Below, piece after piece: positions 9,617 through 18,208 of a stretch of DNA of 52,428 nucleotides. Each line of letters opens with the position of its first letter. Within the stretch, counting starts at the first letter, position 1. The notes beneath the pieces are model-generated. The model searched no databases. It saw only the letters and a list, made by a program, of their open reading frames with translations, and was not told the origin of the DNA. The translations under genes and the position numbers were made by a program. Source of the stretch: Vicinamibacterales bacterium (lineage in GTDB: Bacteria; Acidobacteriota; Vicinamibacteria; Vicinamibacterales; CAVVIG01); assembly GCA_040081675.1 (NCBI GenBank), contig JBEBGB010000002.1:1-52428 (forward strand). The letters are read 5' to 3'.

Positions 9617-10288
9617 ATGCGCACCTACAACAACTCGCTCCGGCAGCGGCAGGCCGAACAGACGCGAACCGCGATTCTCGAAGCCGTTCGAGACCTGCTG
9701 ATTGAGTCTCCGCGTCTGTTGTCCATTCCAGAAATTGCGGCGAAGTCGGGCGTGTCCGAGCCGACGATCTACCGCCACTTTGCCAATCGCGAGCTCTTGT
9801 TCGAAGCCGCCGCAGAGCTCCTGAGTTCTCAGCTCGGTGCTCCGCCTCAGGCGAAGACCTTGGACGACCTGCCGGTGAATGCGATTGCCGTCGCCCGCTA
9901 CTTCGAGCGCAACGCCGCCTGGTTGCGGGCGGCCATGAACGAGCCGGCTTTGCGACCCGTGCGGACGGCCGGTCGCTCGAAACGTATGGAGAGGCTGCGC
10001 AGCATGCTCGAGCCGCAGCTCTCGCATCTCTCGACCGAAGACCGTGAAGTCGCTTTCGCCGCATTCGGTGCCATTGCGCGGATGGAGACCTGGGACTGCT
10101 TGGCTCGCGAATTCGGACTGTCGGCCGATTCGGCCGGGCGCGCGATGTCCTGGGTGATTCGTTCGCTCATCGACTCGCTGTCGCGCCATAAACAGGAAGG
10201 CAAGCGGCAGCTTGTCGACGACGAGACGCTGCGTCGTGGTCGGGAGAGCCATGCCGACCCGACTCCTGCACGAAAGGGTGCCAAATGA
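9617..10288 (+). CDS. TetR/AcrR-family transcriptional regulator
   Basis: N-terminal HTH: QTRTAILEAVRDLLIESPRLLSIPEIAAKSGVSEPTIYRHFANRELLFEAA. Confidence 0.9.
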   Translation: MRTYNNSLRQRQAEQTRTAILEAVRDLLIESPRLLSIPEIAAKSGVSEPTIYRHFANRELLFEAAAELLSSQLGAPPQAKTLDDLPVNAIAVARYFERNAAWLRAAMNEPALRPVRTAGRSKRMERLRSMLEPQLSHLSTEDREVAFAAFGAIARMETWDCLAREFGLSADSAGRAMSWVIRSLIDSLSRHKQEGKRQLVDDETLRRGRESHADPTPARKGAK

Positions 10289-11979
10289 CCAACGTGACGT
10301 TCGACCCACCGGGCCCCGGTTCCTGGATTCTCGACGGCAACCACCTCGATCGGCCACGGTGCGGGTACGTGAGCGACCTGCTCGAGCGCAACGCCACCGA
10401 GGGATTTCGACAAGGGTTCGCGCGTTACGGAGTGCTGCTCGACACGATCGAGTTCCGCTCCGTGAACTCCTTGCCCTACATGGCCATTCGGCCGCTCGGT
10501 GCACCTCCTGGTGCGTCGGGCACGCCGCCCAAGTGGCTCTTCACCTTGCTGCTCCGGCTGCATCCGGCCCTGCGGCGTCGCATCAAGCGCGCGAACGAGG
10601 TCGTGACCACGAAATTCTGGCGGGAGGACGCTCAACGGTTCATGCGCGCGCTGCCCGAGGTGGAGTCGAGCACGGCGGCTTTCGCACGCGAGCCCATCGA
10701 GCAACTGCCGGCCGATGCCTTTGCCGCGCATTTCGAGAGCCTCGCGCGCTTTGCCTCGACGCGCATTGTTCAGCACTTTGCCAACGTGCCGTTGACGTGC
10801 TTGCCCGTCGGAGACTTCCTTGTGTTCGCATCGGAAGCAGGCATTTCGGGTGCCGAGGCGATGGCTACCCTTCGAGGGTATTCTCCGCACTCAGTGGCTG
10901 CCGGTCAGGCGATCAAGAGTGCGGCGGCTGCCATCGCGGCGGATCCGGAAGCCCGCGCCATCCTCGACGCGGACACCGCGCCGTCCAACACCCTGTCGCG
11001 GCTGCGTGGGGCTGGTGACGCAACCGCACGAGCCATGAGTCTGCTGCTCGACCGCTACGGCGACGCGATTGTCAGCGGGCACGATCTGACCGGGCTGCGC
11101 GTGATAGAACTGCCGGAACTGGTCGTGGCCACGTTACGCGCGCACGTGTCGACACACGAGCGTGGCGGCGAGAGCGGTGTGCGAAGTGACCGCGAGCGTG
11201 CAAGTGCCAACGAGACCCTGCGGTCTCGTGTGCCAGCGAGTCGGCGCGACGAGTTCGACGAGCGCCTGAGAGATGCTCGCGAGGTCTATCCCATTCGGGA
11301 CGCGCAGTCGAACATGGATTTGTGGGCGCTTGGTGTCATGCGACGGGCGCTGCTCGAGGCCGGAAAGCGGCTGGCCGCGAATGGACGCGTGGGCGACGAA
11401 GGCGATGTCTTCGACGCCACTGAAGCCGAAGTTGTGGGCATGTTGCGGGGAGTCTCGACGCCGACGCGAGACGAGCTCCATGCCCGCGTTCAGAGCAGAC
11501 AGCACGCACCGATCGAGGGGGCTCCCCGAGTGCTCGGACCCGTGCCAGGTGCACCGCCACCGGTGGACTGGATGCCGGCGCAGGCCGGAAGGCTCGCGCG
11601 CGCGTTTGCGGCCTATCGCGAGCTCATGGAGGATCCGTCCATCGCATCGGACCGCACGGTGGTGAAGGGCGTTGCGGCAAGTGTCGGGCGCGCCCGTGGA
11701 CCAGCACGACTCGTCCGCTCGGTAGATGACTTCGGACGCCTTCAGAAGGGCGACATCCTCGTGGCCCCCACGACCACGCCGATGTACAACGTCATCCTGC
11801 CGCTTCTGGCTGGCATTGTGACCGACCGCGGCGGTCTGCTCTCACACCCCGCCATCGTCAGTCGCGAATATGGGTTTCCGGGCATCGTTGGCACCAAGGA
11901 CGCCACGAGTCGGATTCCCGATGGTGCGTTGGTCGAGATCGACGGTGCCGCAGGCACCGTGACCGTGTTGGCCGTATGA
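10285..11979 (+). CDS. PEP-utilising-enzyme mobile (phosphohistidine swivel) domain protein with a large N-terminal domain of unknown substrate
   Basis: The C-terminus GDILVAPTTTPMYNVILPLLAGIVTDRGGLLSHPAIVSREYGFPGIVG is the swivel-domain signature. The catalytic-type His codon is at 11845..11847. It has an ATGA overlap with the TetR gene. Confidence 0.8.
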   Translation: MTNVTFDPPGPGSWILDGNHLDRPRCGYVSDLLERNATEGFRQGFARYGVLLDTIEFRSVNSLPYMAIRPLGAPPGASGTPPKWLFTLLLRLHPALRRRIKRANEVVTTKFWREDAQRFMRALPEVESSTAAFAREPIEQLPADAFAAHFESLARFASTRIVQHFANVPLTCLPVGDFLVFASEAGISGAEAMATLRGYSPHSVAAGQAIKSAAAAIAADPEARAILDADTAPSNTLSRLRGAGDATARAMSLLLDRYGDAIVSGHDLTGLRVIELPELVVATLRAHVSTHERGGESGVRSDRERASANETLRSRVPASRRDEFDERLRDAREVYPIRDAQSNMDLWALGVMRRALLEAGKRLAANGRVGDEGDVFDATEAEVVGMLRGVSTPTRDELHARVQSRQHAPIEGAPRVLGPVPGAPPPVDWMPAQAGRLARAFAAYRELMEDPSIASDRTVVKGVAASVGRARGPARLVRSVDDFGRLQKGDILVAPTTTPMYNVILPLLAGIVTDRGGLLSHPAIVSREYGFPGIVGTKDATSRIPDGALVEIDGAAGTVTVLAV

Positions 11980-12815
11980 GTGCGCCGCTCGTCGTTCCGC
12001 TTGTTGATGCCGTCGACGAAGAACACTTCGGCGGCAAGGCCGCGCAGCTTGCCCACGCGCTCCACAGCGGCTTGCCCGTGCCGGACGGTGTGGCGGTTGC
12101 CTGGTCGACCGTGTCCCGTCTGATGGATGGCGACCTGCACGCACACGACGTGTGCGCGAGGGCCTTTGCTGCCCTTGCCGGTCACGCGCTGGCTGTGCGA
12201 TCGAGTGCGGTTGGGGAGGACTCTGCGGCTGCGAGTTTTGCGGGTCAGCACATCACTCGACTGGGCATTCGTTCGGTCGAGACCGGTCTCGACGCGTTGA
12301 GAGCCGTCTGGACGTCAGGCCAGCACCCAGGCGCACTGGCATACCGTGAGCGCATGGGGATCTCGGGCGCGCCCCGCGTGGGCGTCGTGATTCAGATCAT
12401 GGTCGACTCGGAGTGCGCGGGCGTTCTCTTTACGAGAGATCCGGTCACGGGGGCTGACCACCGCGTGATCGAAGCCGCCTGGGGCCTTGGTGAATCCGTC
12501 GTGAGCGGGCTCGTTGATCCGGATCGGTACCGCGTGCGCCGCGGTGGGCAGGTGCTGGAAGCGGTTGCCGGAGACAAGCACGTGGCCATTCGTCATACGG
12601 CGGACGGCCAGACCGAAGAATGCCCGACCGATGCTGCCGACAGGGAGGCGCTGTGTCTGAGCGAGTCCAGACTCGGGGCACTCGACGACCTCGCATCATC
12701 GTGCGAGCGAGTCTTCGGAGGCGAGAGTGCTCACGATCTCGAATGGGCTTTCGATCGCGAGCGGCTGTATCTGCTTCAGCGCCGCGCGGTCACGCGCGGC
12801 GGACTGACTCGCTAG
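11976..12815 (+). CDS. PEP/pyruvate-binding (PPDK_N-type ATP-grasp nucleotide-binding) domain protein
   Basis: Motifs present: FGGKAAQLAHALHSGLPVPDGVAV, LAVRSSAVGEDSAAASFAGQH, GVVIQIMVDSECAGVLFTRDPVTG, EAAWGLGESVVSGLVDPD. It has an ATGA overlap with the upstream gene. Confidence 0.8.
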   Translation: MSAPLVVPLVDAVDEEHFGGKAAQLAHALHSGLPVPDGVAVAWSTVSRLMDGDLHAHDVCARAFAALAGHALAVRSSAVGEDSAAASFAGQHITRLGIRSVETGLDALRAVWTSGQHPGALAYRERMGISGAPRVGVVIQIMVDSECAGVLFTRDPVTGADHRVIEAAWGLGESVVSGLVDPDRYRVRRGGQVLEAVAGDKHVAIRHTADGQTEECPTDAADREALCLSESRLGALDDLASSCERVFGGESAHDLEWAFDRERLYLLQRRAVTRGGLTR

Positions 12816-12835
12816 AGTCCACAGCGCCGTCGGAC

Positions 12836-13537
12836 TCAGCGGACCGATCCCAACGTGATCGGGGTCGACTTCAGGGGTTCGGTCGCCGGCCAGACAAGTT
12901 CGACGTGAGGCGCCTCATGTGCCCCGTCGGCCTCGCCATCGAGTTCGGGCGCCCACACAAGCGCCGTGCGCCAACTCAAATGGACACGCGCCGTTGACGG
13001 TGCCGGTACCGCGCGCACCGAGCGCGCATCGCTCTCGACCCGCGGCTTGCTCGATTGCGCTGCCGACGGACTCGTCCGCATCACGGCAATCTGTTCGTCG
13101 ATGCGCTTGAGAGCCGCCTCCAACTCGTTCTTCGGCGCAGTCTTGCTCCGCGCAGACGCAGGTCTTGCGACCTTCTTGCCGCCCGCCGCAGGCTCGGCTT
13201 CTTTCGCGCTCGACGCCTTTTCCGCCGAAGCGTGCGCGGGGCCCTTGGCTCCTTCGACTTCGTGCGCGACTGTGTCTTTGTCCTTGCCGTCGGACTTGGC
13301 CGCGGCGTGTTCGGATGTCGGCTTTGCCGCACCCTTGTTGGCGTCCTTGGGCGTTTCCTTGGCGGGCGCGGCGGAGGGTGCTGCGCCGTGCGCAGCCGTC
13401 GACTCAGCCTTCGCGTGCTGCGCCACGACGATTGTCGGTACACTCCAAGTCGCCACGATGGCAGCGATCGCGAGTCGCTGCGCGATCAATTGTGGCCCCC
13501 GGTCGAACGCGGCGCTTGCGCGCTGCCGGTCAACCAC
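12836..13537 (-). CDS. Secreted Ala/Lys/His-rich low-complexity protein (hypothetical)
   Basis: The signal-like segment LIAQRLAIAAIVATWSVPTIVVAQHAKA is followed by a low-complexity region with repeated AH/EH dipeptides. The more likely start is TTG at 13489..13487, which overlaps the carbonic anhydrase TGA (TTGA). The longest ORF start at 13537 would overlap that gene by 52 nt. Confidence 0.45.
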   Translation of the reverse strand: MVDRQRASAAFDRGPQLIAQRLAIAAIVATWSVPTIVVAQHAKAESTAAHGAAPSAAPAKETPKDANKGAAKPTSEHAAAKSDGKDKDTVAHEVEGAKGPAHASAEKASSAKEAEPAAGGKKVARPASARSKTAPKNELEAALKRIDEQIAVMRTSPSAAQSSKPRVESDARSVRAVPAPSTARVHLSWRTALVWAPELDGEADGAHEAPHVELVWPATEPLKSTPITLGSVR

Positions 13538-14217
13538 ACTGGCTCCGAGAAGTAGACCTTTCCGCTGCCAAGCTCGTAGTAGGCGCCAACAAAGGTCACA
13601 TGCCCCTTGCCGCCGAGGTCGCGCAGCAGCGCGCTGTCCGCAATCATGTCGTTCAGCGTTTCTTCAACGTTCTCGAGAATGGCCGCTCGCATCCGCTCGC
13701 TCTCTGGCTTCGACGCGGTGGCGACGACCGACGGGCGAATGGCTTTGATCAGGTAATCGAGGTTGGGACCGAGCGACGTGCCGACAGGCGTGTCGACGGC
13801 GGCCTTCACCGCGCCGCACGACTCGTGGCCCATGACGACCACCAGCGGGACGTTCAGATGCTCGACCGAATACTCGACGCTGGCCAGAATCGCCTTGTCG
13901 GTGACATTGCCAGCTGCGCGTACGACGAACAGATCGCCGAGGCCCGTGTGAAAGACCACCTCGGGCGGGACGCGAGAATCCGCGCACGAGAGAATTGTGG
14001 CAAACGGCGTCTGCCCTTTGGTCAGATCGGTGCGGCGCGCCGCACTGATTGGCAGCGCATCCTGTGGGTTCGAGACAAAGCGTGCATTGCCGGTTTTCAA
14101 CTTCGCCAGCGAGTCGACAGCCGTTGGCGCTGCGGCGCTGAGCAGTCCACCGTTGGTCGCTGCCGCCATGCCGATTGCCACTGTCAGTCCCATCAGTCGC
14201 GGTCGCATTCCAATCAT
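13486..14217 (-). CDS. Beta-class carbonic anhydrase with N-terminal signal peptide
   Basis: SCADSRVPPE (CxDxR) and GHESCGAV (HxxC) are the zinc-ligand motifs. The N-terminus is MIGMRPRLMGLTVAIGMAAA. Confidence 0.88.
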   Translation of the reverse strand: MIGMRPRLMGLTVAIGMAAATNGGLLSAAAPTAVDSLAKLKTGNARFVSNPQDALPISAARRTDLTKGQTPFATILSCADSRVPPEVVFHTGLGDLFVVRAAGNVTDKAILASVEYSVEHLNVPLVVVMGHESCGAVKAAVDTPVGTSLGPNLDYLIKAIRPSVVATASKPESERMRAAILENVEETLNDMIADSALLRDLGGKGHVTFVGAYYELGSGKVYFSEPVWLTGSAQAPRSTGGHN

Positions 14218-14289
14218 CCACAGACCTCCACTGTCCGTGGTAATCGGCCGCCGACAGGAAAAGGTGAGCGCAGCGGTCCGAGAACCGCG

Positions 14290-15117
14290 CTATTGGCTGG
14301 GGCGTGCGCGCGCGAGCAGCTGTGTGCTTCGTTTGACCAGGCCCGGAATGACTCGACGCACGAGCCGACGAAGGCGGTAGACCCGCACGTCGGTCGGTGT
14401 CATTCGATATCCGCGGTCGGTCGCACTACGCTCGACCGCATCGTAGTCGTAGGGAACCGCCATGAATTCGACCGTGCGGCTGGCACTATCGAAGATCACG
14501 AACTCCGCGAACCGGGGAGTGGGCTTGCGCGATCCGTCGACCGAACCGGGGTTGATGAAGTACGAGTAGCCGTCCCTGCGCAACCTGACCAGCCCAGTCG
14601 CCGGTCGTTCGCTGATGCTGCCGTCGAGCAACTCGTAGACTTTCGGGTCATGCGTGTGCCCGAAGAAGCACAACGTGACCTGAGGCATCTGGCCGGCGAG
14701 CAGTGCGTGGTTTGCCAGGACGCGCGTTTCCGTGGTCACGTACTCCTGGACGTCGTTCACCCCGCCGTGCACCAGCACCACATCGTCTTCGAGGAGGAGG
14801 CGCGCTGGGAGAGCGGCGAGGTAGGCGCGGCTGGCCGCGCTCACATCCTTGCGTGTCCGGCGCAGCGTAAAGGCCGGACGGTCAGCGCAGCGGCCGAGTC
14901 CCAACCGGCGGATCGCAATCAGGTCGTGGTTGCCGGCAATGGAGTCGATGCCGCGCTTCTGGAGCAGCTCGATGCACTCGTTCGAGTGTGCGTTGTAACC
15001 CACAACGTCGCCCAGGCAGACGATGCGGTCAACGCCGCGGTCGTCGAGAGCGCCGAGGGCCGCTTGCAGGGCCTCGAGGTTGCCGTGCATGTCGGCAACG
15101 ATGCCGTAGGTGGCCAT
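14290..15117 (-). CDS. Calcineurin-like metallophosphoesterase (YfcE/MPP-type)
   Basis: Motifs present: VADMHGN, CLGDVVGY, AGNHD, LVHGG, FGHTH. Confidence 0.85.
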   Translation of the reverse strand: MATYGIVADMHGNLEALQAALGALDDRGVDRIVCLGDVVGYNAHSNECIELLQKRGIDSIAGNHDLIAIRRLGLGRCADRPAFTLRRTRKDVSAASRAYLAALPARLLLEDDVVLVHGGVNDVQEYVTTETRVLANHALLAGQMPQVTLCFFGHTHDPKVYELLDGSISERPATGLVRLRRDGYSYFINPGSVDGSRKPTPRFAEFVIFDSASRTVEFMAVPYDYDAVERSATDRGYRMTPTDVRVYRLRRLVRRVIPGLVKRSTQLLARARPSQ

Positions 15118-15126
15118 CAGGCCCTT

Positions 15127-16383
15127 TCAACCCGCAGTCGCGGCGCCCGTATGGCTCGACTTGCGGCCCGTGAGCTTGCCGACAATCAGCTTCATGCGTT
15201 TCCGCAGCAGCGCCATCAGCGGACCTGGGTCATCCCAGGCGAAGTTGTCGTAGACCTTCGGACACCAGAACGAACTGACCCACTGCGCCCAGGACAAATC
15301 CCCATCCGGGTGGTAGCTGCGCAGGAACGCGCGGGCGTCGTTACCGAAGGACAACCACCGTGTGCCGAGCCGATATTCGAATTGGGGTGTGCACGGCTGA
15401 CCGGTCTGATCGGCGTATGCCAGCAACGGGAGATTCACGCCCGACACCGCGCCCAGATGATTCCACAGGGTGTAGCGCGGATTGAACTCGAGGATGTAGA
15501 AGCGCTTCGTGACCGGATCCTGCTTCAAGTCGATCTTGATCGCGCCGACGAAGTTCATCTTCCGCAGGGCCTCGAGGCTGATCGACAGCACGTCCTTGTC
15601 CCTGGCGAGCTCGAGATAGGTGCTGACTCCGTTGTTCTTCGGGAACGTCCGGATCTTTTGCCCGACAAAATATCCGAGAGGCTCACCGGCGGCGTTGAAG
15701 TATCCGTGAAAGCTGAAGATGCGATCGTCGCCGCCAGGGATATACGGTTGAATCACGAAGTTGTCGGTGAATCCGCGGACAGTCGCGTACATCCGGCGGA
15801 ATTCCTCGGGAGTATTCGCAATCAACACCTTCTGCGGACCAGCGCCTTCGTCGGACACCATGGCCGAATCGTTCCAGCCCAAATGGCGGGAGTCGGGCTT
15901 CAGAATGCAGGGCAGCGTGATCTTCGCGAGCGCGGCGTCGGCGCTCTCGATTTCGTCGGAGCGCAGGGTACGGGGAATGGGCAGGTTCAGCCGCTCGGCG
16001 AGCTTCGCGAAGCGAACCTTGTCGACCAGGTCTTCCACGAGTTCGGCCGGCGGCAGCAGGAATTGATAGTACGGCTGCAGGATCTCCCGGTAGCGCGACA
16101 CAATCAGGAGGATGCTGTCGGCGTCGTAGTAGAGAACCGGTTTGACCGCGAACGACTTGCCGAGTTCGGCGAGGTCCTCCGCGAACTTCTTCGGGTCCTC
16201 GTCACTGCGCGGAATGGTCTTGTGCCGCCGACTATGCCTGGACGAAAAGATTTCATCGTCGTCTTGGGGCGCCACCGGGCAGACCTGCACCCCGGTGCCG
16301 CTGAAACAACGCAAGATGTTCATGCCCGCGGTGATGACGGCCGTTGCCGACCGGTCGAGTGCAGGCGCCTGATGGCTGGCCAT
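15127..16383 (-). CDS. ATP-grasp superfamily ligase (COG3919-like carboxylate-amine ligase)
   Basis: Motifs present: DKVRFAKLAERLNLPIPRT, LPCILKPD, VIQPYIPGGD, ILEFNPR. It lies 9 nt upstream of the phosphoesterase gene on the same strand. Confidence 0.75.
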   Translation of the reverse strand: MASHQAPALDRSATAVITAGMNILRCFSGTGVQVCPVAPQDDDEIFSSRHSRRHKTIPRSDEDPKKFAEDLAELGKSFAVKPVLYYDADSILLIVSRYREILQPYYQFLLPPAELVEDLVDKVRFAKLAERLNLPIPRTLRSDEIESADAALAKITLPCILKPDSRHLGWNDSAMVSDEGAGPQKVLIANTPEEFRRMYATVRGFTDNFVIQPYIPGGDDRIFSFHGYFNAAGEPLGYFVGQKIRTFPKNNGVSTYLELARDKDVLSISLEALRKMNFVGAIKIDLKQDPVTKRFYILEFNPRYTLWNHLGAVSGVNLPLLAYADQTGQPCTPQFEYRLGTRWLSFGNDARAFLRSYHPDGDLSWAQWVSSFWCPKVYDNFAWDDPGPLMALLRKRMKLIVGKLTGRKSSHTGAATAG

Positions 16384-16398
16384 GATGTCTCTACGTGA

Positions 16399-17727
16399 TT
16401 ACCCGAGCGATTCAGTCTTCGAACCCATGACCTTGCGGACGCTGCGAGCCATCCATCTGAAGATCGGCCACGTCGCGACGCGAAGATCCCCCGAAAGGCT
16501 GCCCGCTGACATGGCGACGAACACGATGACTCGGCGTTGTCCCCAGAGCGCATTGCGGAAGCTGTCACGCTTGGAACACGAGTCCATCCAGTCCAGTTCA
16601 GGGCGGCTGTGGAGATAACGGAATCGCTCGAGTTCGAGCAGGATACCCGGGGAATAGCGCCCGTAGTCCTCATCGTATGCGGGCTTGAAGTCGAACGAAC
16701 CTTGTCCCGCCGTCAGCGCGCAGTATTGAGCGATTGGGCGTCCGTCCAGGTTGAGGCCCTGCATGATCAACCGATTCTGACGAAAGGCGTCGCGTGCGAA
16801 CCGAAGGAAGAACTCGCGGTCGCTCGGGGTCGACGCCAACGCGGTTCCTTCCTTGCCCTTCCAGCCGCTCGCTTCCAGGCGCAGGAAATTCTCGAGCCAA
16901 TCCTCCAGGTTGCCGTCGGGGCCGAGCGTGACGTATTCCAGCCGCCCGGAATCGGCCAGGCGCCGTTCCTTGCGCTTCATCTGACGCCGGTAGTCTCCCG
17001 AGAGCGTGTGTTTCAGGTAGGTCTCGGCATCAGCGGCTCGCCGGAACGCTGCGCGGCTGAAGACCGTGCCCACACTGCTCATCGACTTGTGCTTCCGGAG
17101 CGCATCGTCCAGGAGCGGAAAGAACTGACCATCCCCCGTGATGTAGTCGAACCTGACCAGGCCAGCGCCTTCCCGAGTGGTTGCCAGCCAGTTGAAGAGG
17201 GCATCGAGGCACTCCTCTCCATTCCTGACGCGCACCAAGGGGGTGCACGAGTACAGGTAGTTGTGCCTCCACAGTCTCAGGGTCTTCGGCGGAAACCGTC
17301 CAAAGCTCTTGGTGCGCTCGAAGGGGAAGAGCCCGATGAGGGTGCCTGGCGTGTTCGGCCCTCGGGCGGCAAACACCAGGGCAATAACGAAATCCGCGCC
17401 CTCACGGAGCAGTTCCATGGCGGGCAGAAGCATCCAGGGCTCGTAGAAGACGTTGGGTTCGACGGCGTTGGCCGCAAGGTCCTCCCACGCTTTCACGTGG
17501 TTCTCGAGGGTTTCTGCATCGTGAACGACAACGACTGACGTCTGCCGAGTCTCAGTCGTGGGAGCGAGTGGCGCCGCGTCTGGGTCCTGTTTCGTCGGTT
17601 CGTCCGCCCCGGCGGAGCGTGCATTCGCTTTCCCAGCCGATGGCATCCGGACCACTGCGGGGGCTGTGCGCTCGTCGACGCTTGATTCAGGTGGGTTCAG
17701 AGATGGTGCCATTCCCGACTTGTCCAT
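16399..17727 (-). CDS. CelD/BcsL (FemAB-fold, Acetyltransf_6) GNAT-type acyl/aminoacyl transferase
   Basis: Motifs present: WLENFLRLEASGWKGKEGTALAS, LNLDGRPIAQYCAL, DFKPAYDEDYGRYSPGILLELE. The ~60-aa N-terminal segment is disordered, so the true start may be internal. A GAGAGAGG RBS lies 12 nt before ATG 17727. Confidence 0.7.
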   Translation of the reverse strand: MDKSGMAPSLNPPESSVDERTAPAVVRMPSAGKANARSAGADEPTKQDPDAAPLAPTTETRQTSVVVVHDAETLENHVKAWEDLAANAVEPNVFYEPWMLLPAMELLREGADFVIALVFAARGPNTPGTLIGLFPFERTKSFGRFPPKTLRLWRHNYLYSCTPLVRVRNGEECLDALFNWLATTREGAGLVRFDYITGDGQFFPLLDDALRKHKSMSSVGTVFSRAAFRRAADAETYLKHTLSGDYRRQMKRKERRLADSGRLEYVTLGPDGNLEDWLENFLRLEASGWKGKEGTALASTPSDREFFLRFARDAFRQNRLIMQGLNLDGRPIAQYCALTAGQGSFDFKPAYDEDYGRYSPGILLELERFRYLHSRPELDWMDSCSKRDSFRNALWGQRRVIVFVAMSAGSLSGDLRVATWPIFRWMARSVRKVMGSKTESLG

Positions 17728-17797
17728 ACAGAGCAGTTGCCTCTCTCGTCACGCGATGGTCGGCTGTCCATTTTGATACTGTCCAGGTGCGGAACGC

Positions 17798-17812
17798 TAT
17801 AGTAGAGCTTTT
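17798..17812 (-). promoter_or_regulatory. Shared 15-mer AAAAGCTCTACTATA, copy 1 (70 nt upstream of the minus-strand GNAT gene)
   Basis: The plus strand reads TATAGTAGAGCTTTT at 17798..17812. This is the exact reverse complement of 18163..18177. Confidence 0.5.
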
Positions 17813-18162
17813 CACAGGGCGTTGGCGAACGACTCTTCGGCGCCTCCGCGGCAGGTCCGACGCACCCCGACGACTTCCTGACGCGGGAGTGTGCAGTTCC
17901 TCCACCGCTGCGCAGGTTCTCGAGGCCGTCACCGACCGGGGGAGCGACCGTAGGAGCCGGGGCGCTTGCCCAAGGTGCAGAGAGTGGCTACTGTGTCAGG
18001 TTGTGATTTCTCGAGTGAAGTCCGCGCCGAAGACATGATCCGGAACGCACGATGAGGCCGGCTGATCGCGTGGGCAGATCGCCGCGCTCAGCGGACTTCT
18101 TGCGACTGCTTGCGACTGCATTGAGAATTTGCGAGAGGCAAAAAGCGGCTTGGGGACGACGA

Positions 18163-18177
18163 AAAAGCTCTACTATA
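18163..18177 (+). promoter_or_regulatory. Shared 15-mer AAAAGCTCTACTATA, copy 2 (31 nt upstream of the deacetylase gene)
   Basis: An exact 15/15 match to copy 1, in the same orientation relative to its downstream gene. It contains a -10-like TACTAT/TATAAC. Confidence 0.5.
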
Positions 18178-18208
18178 ACTCTCCAGCCAAACGGACGAAA
18201 CAACCGAC

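Noticed and set aside
13165-16398. 1,077-aa plus-strand ORF, the longest in its region
   Set aside because: It lies antisense to four well-supported minus-strand genes (carbonic anhydrase, metallophosphoesterase, ATP-grasp ligase and the 3' end of the GNAT gene). The sequence is Arg/Ala/Gly-rich and low in information. It is a shadow ORF.
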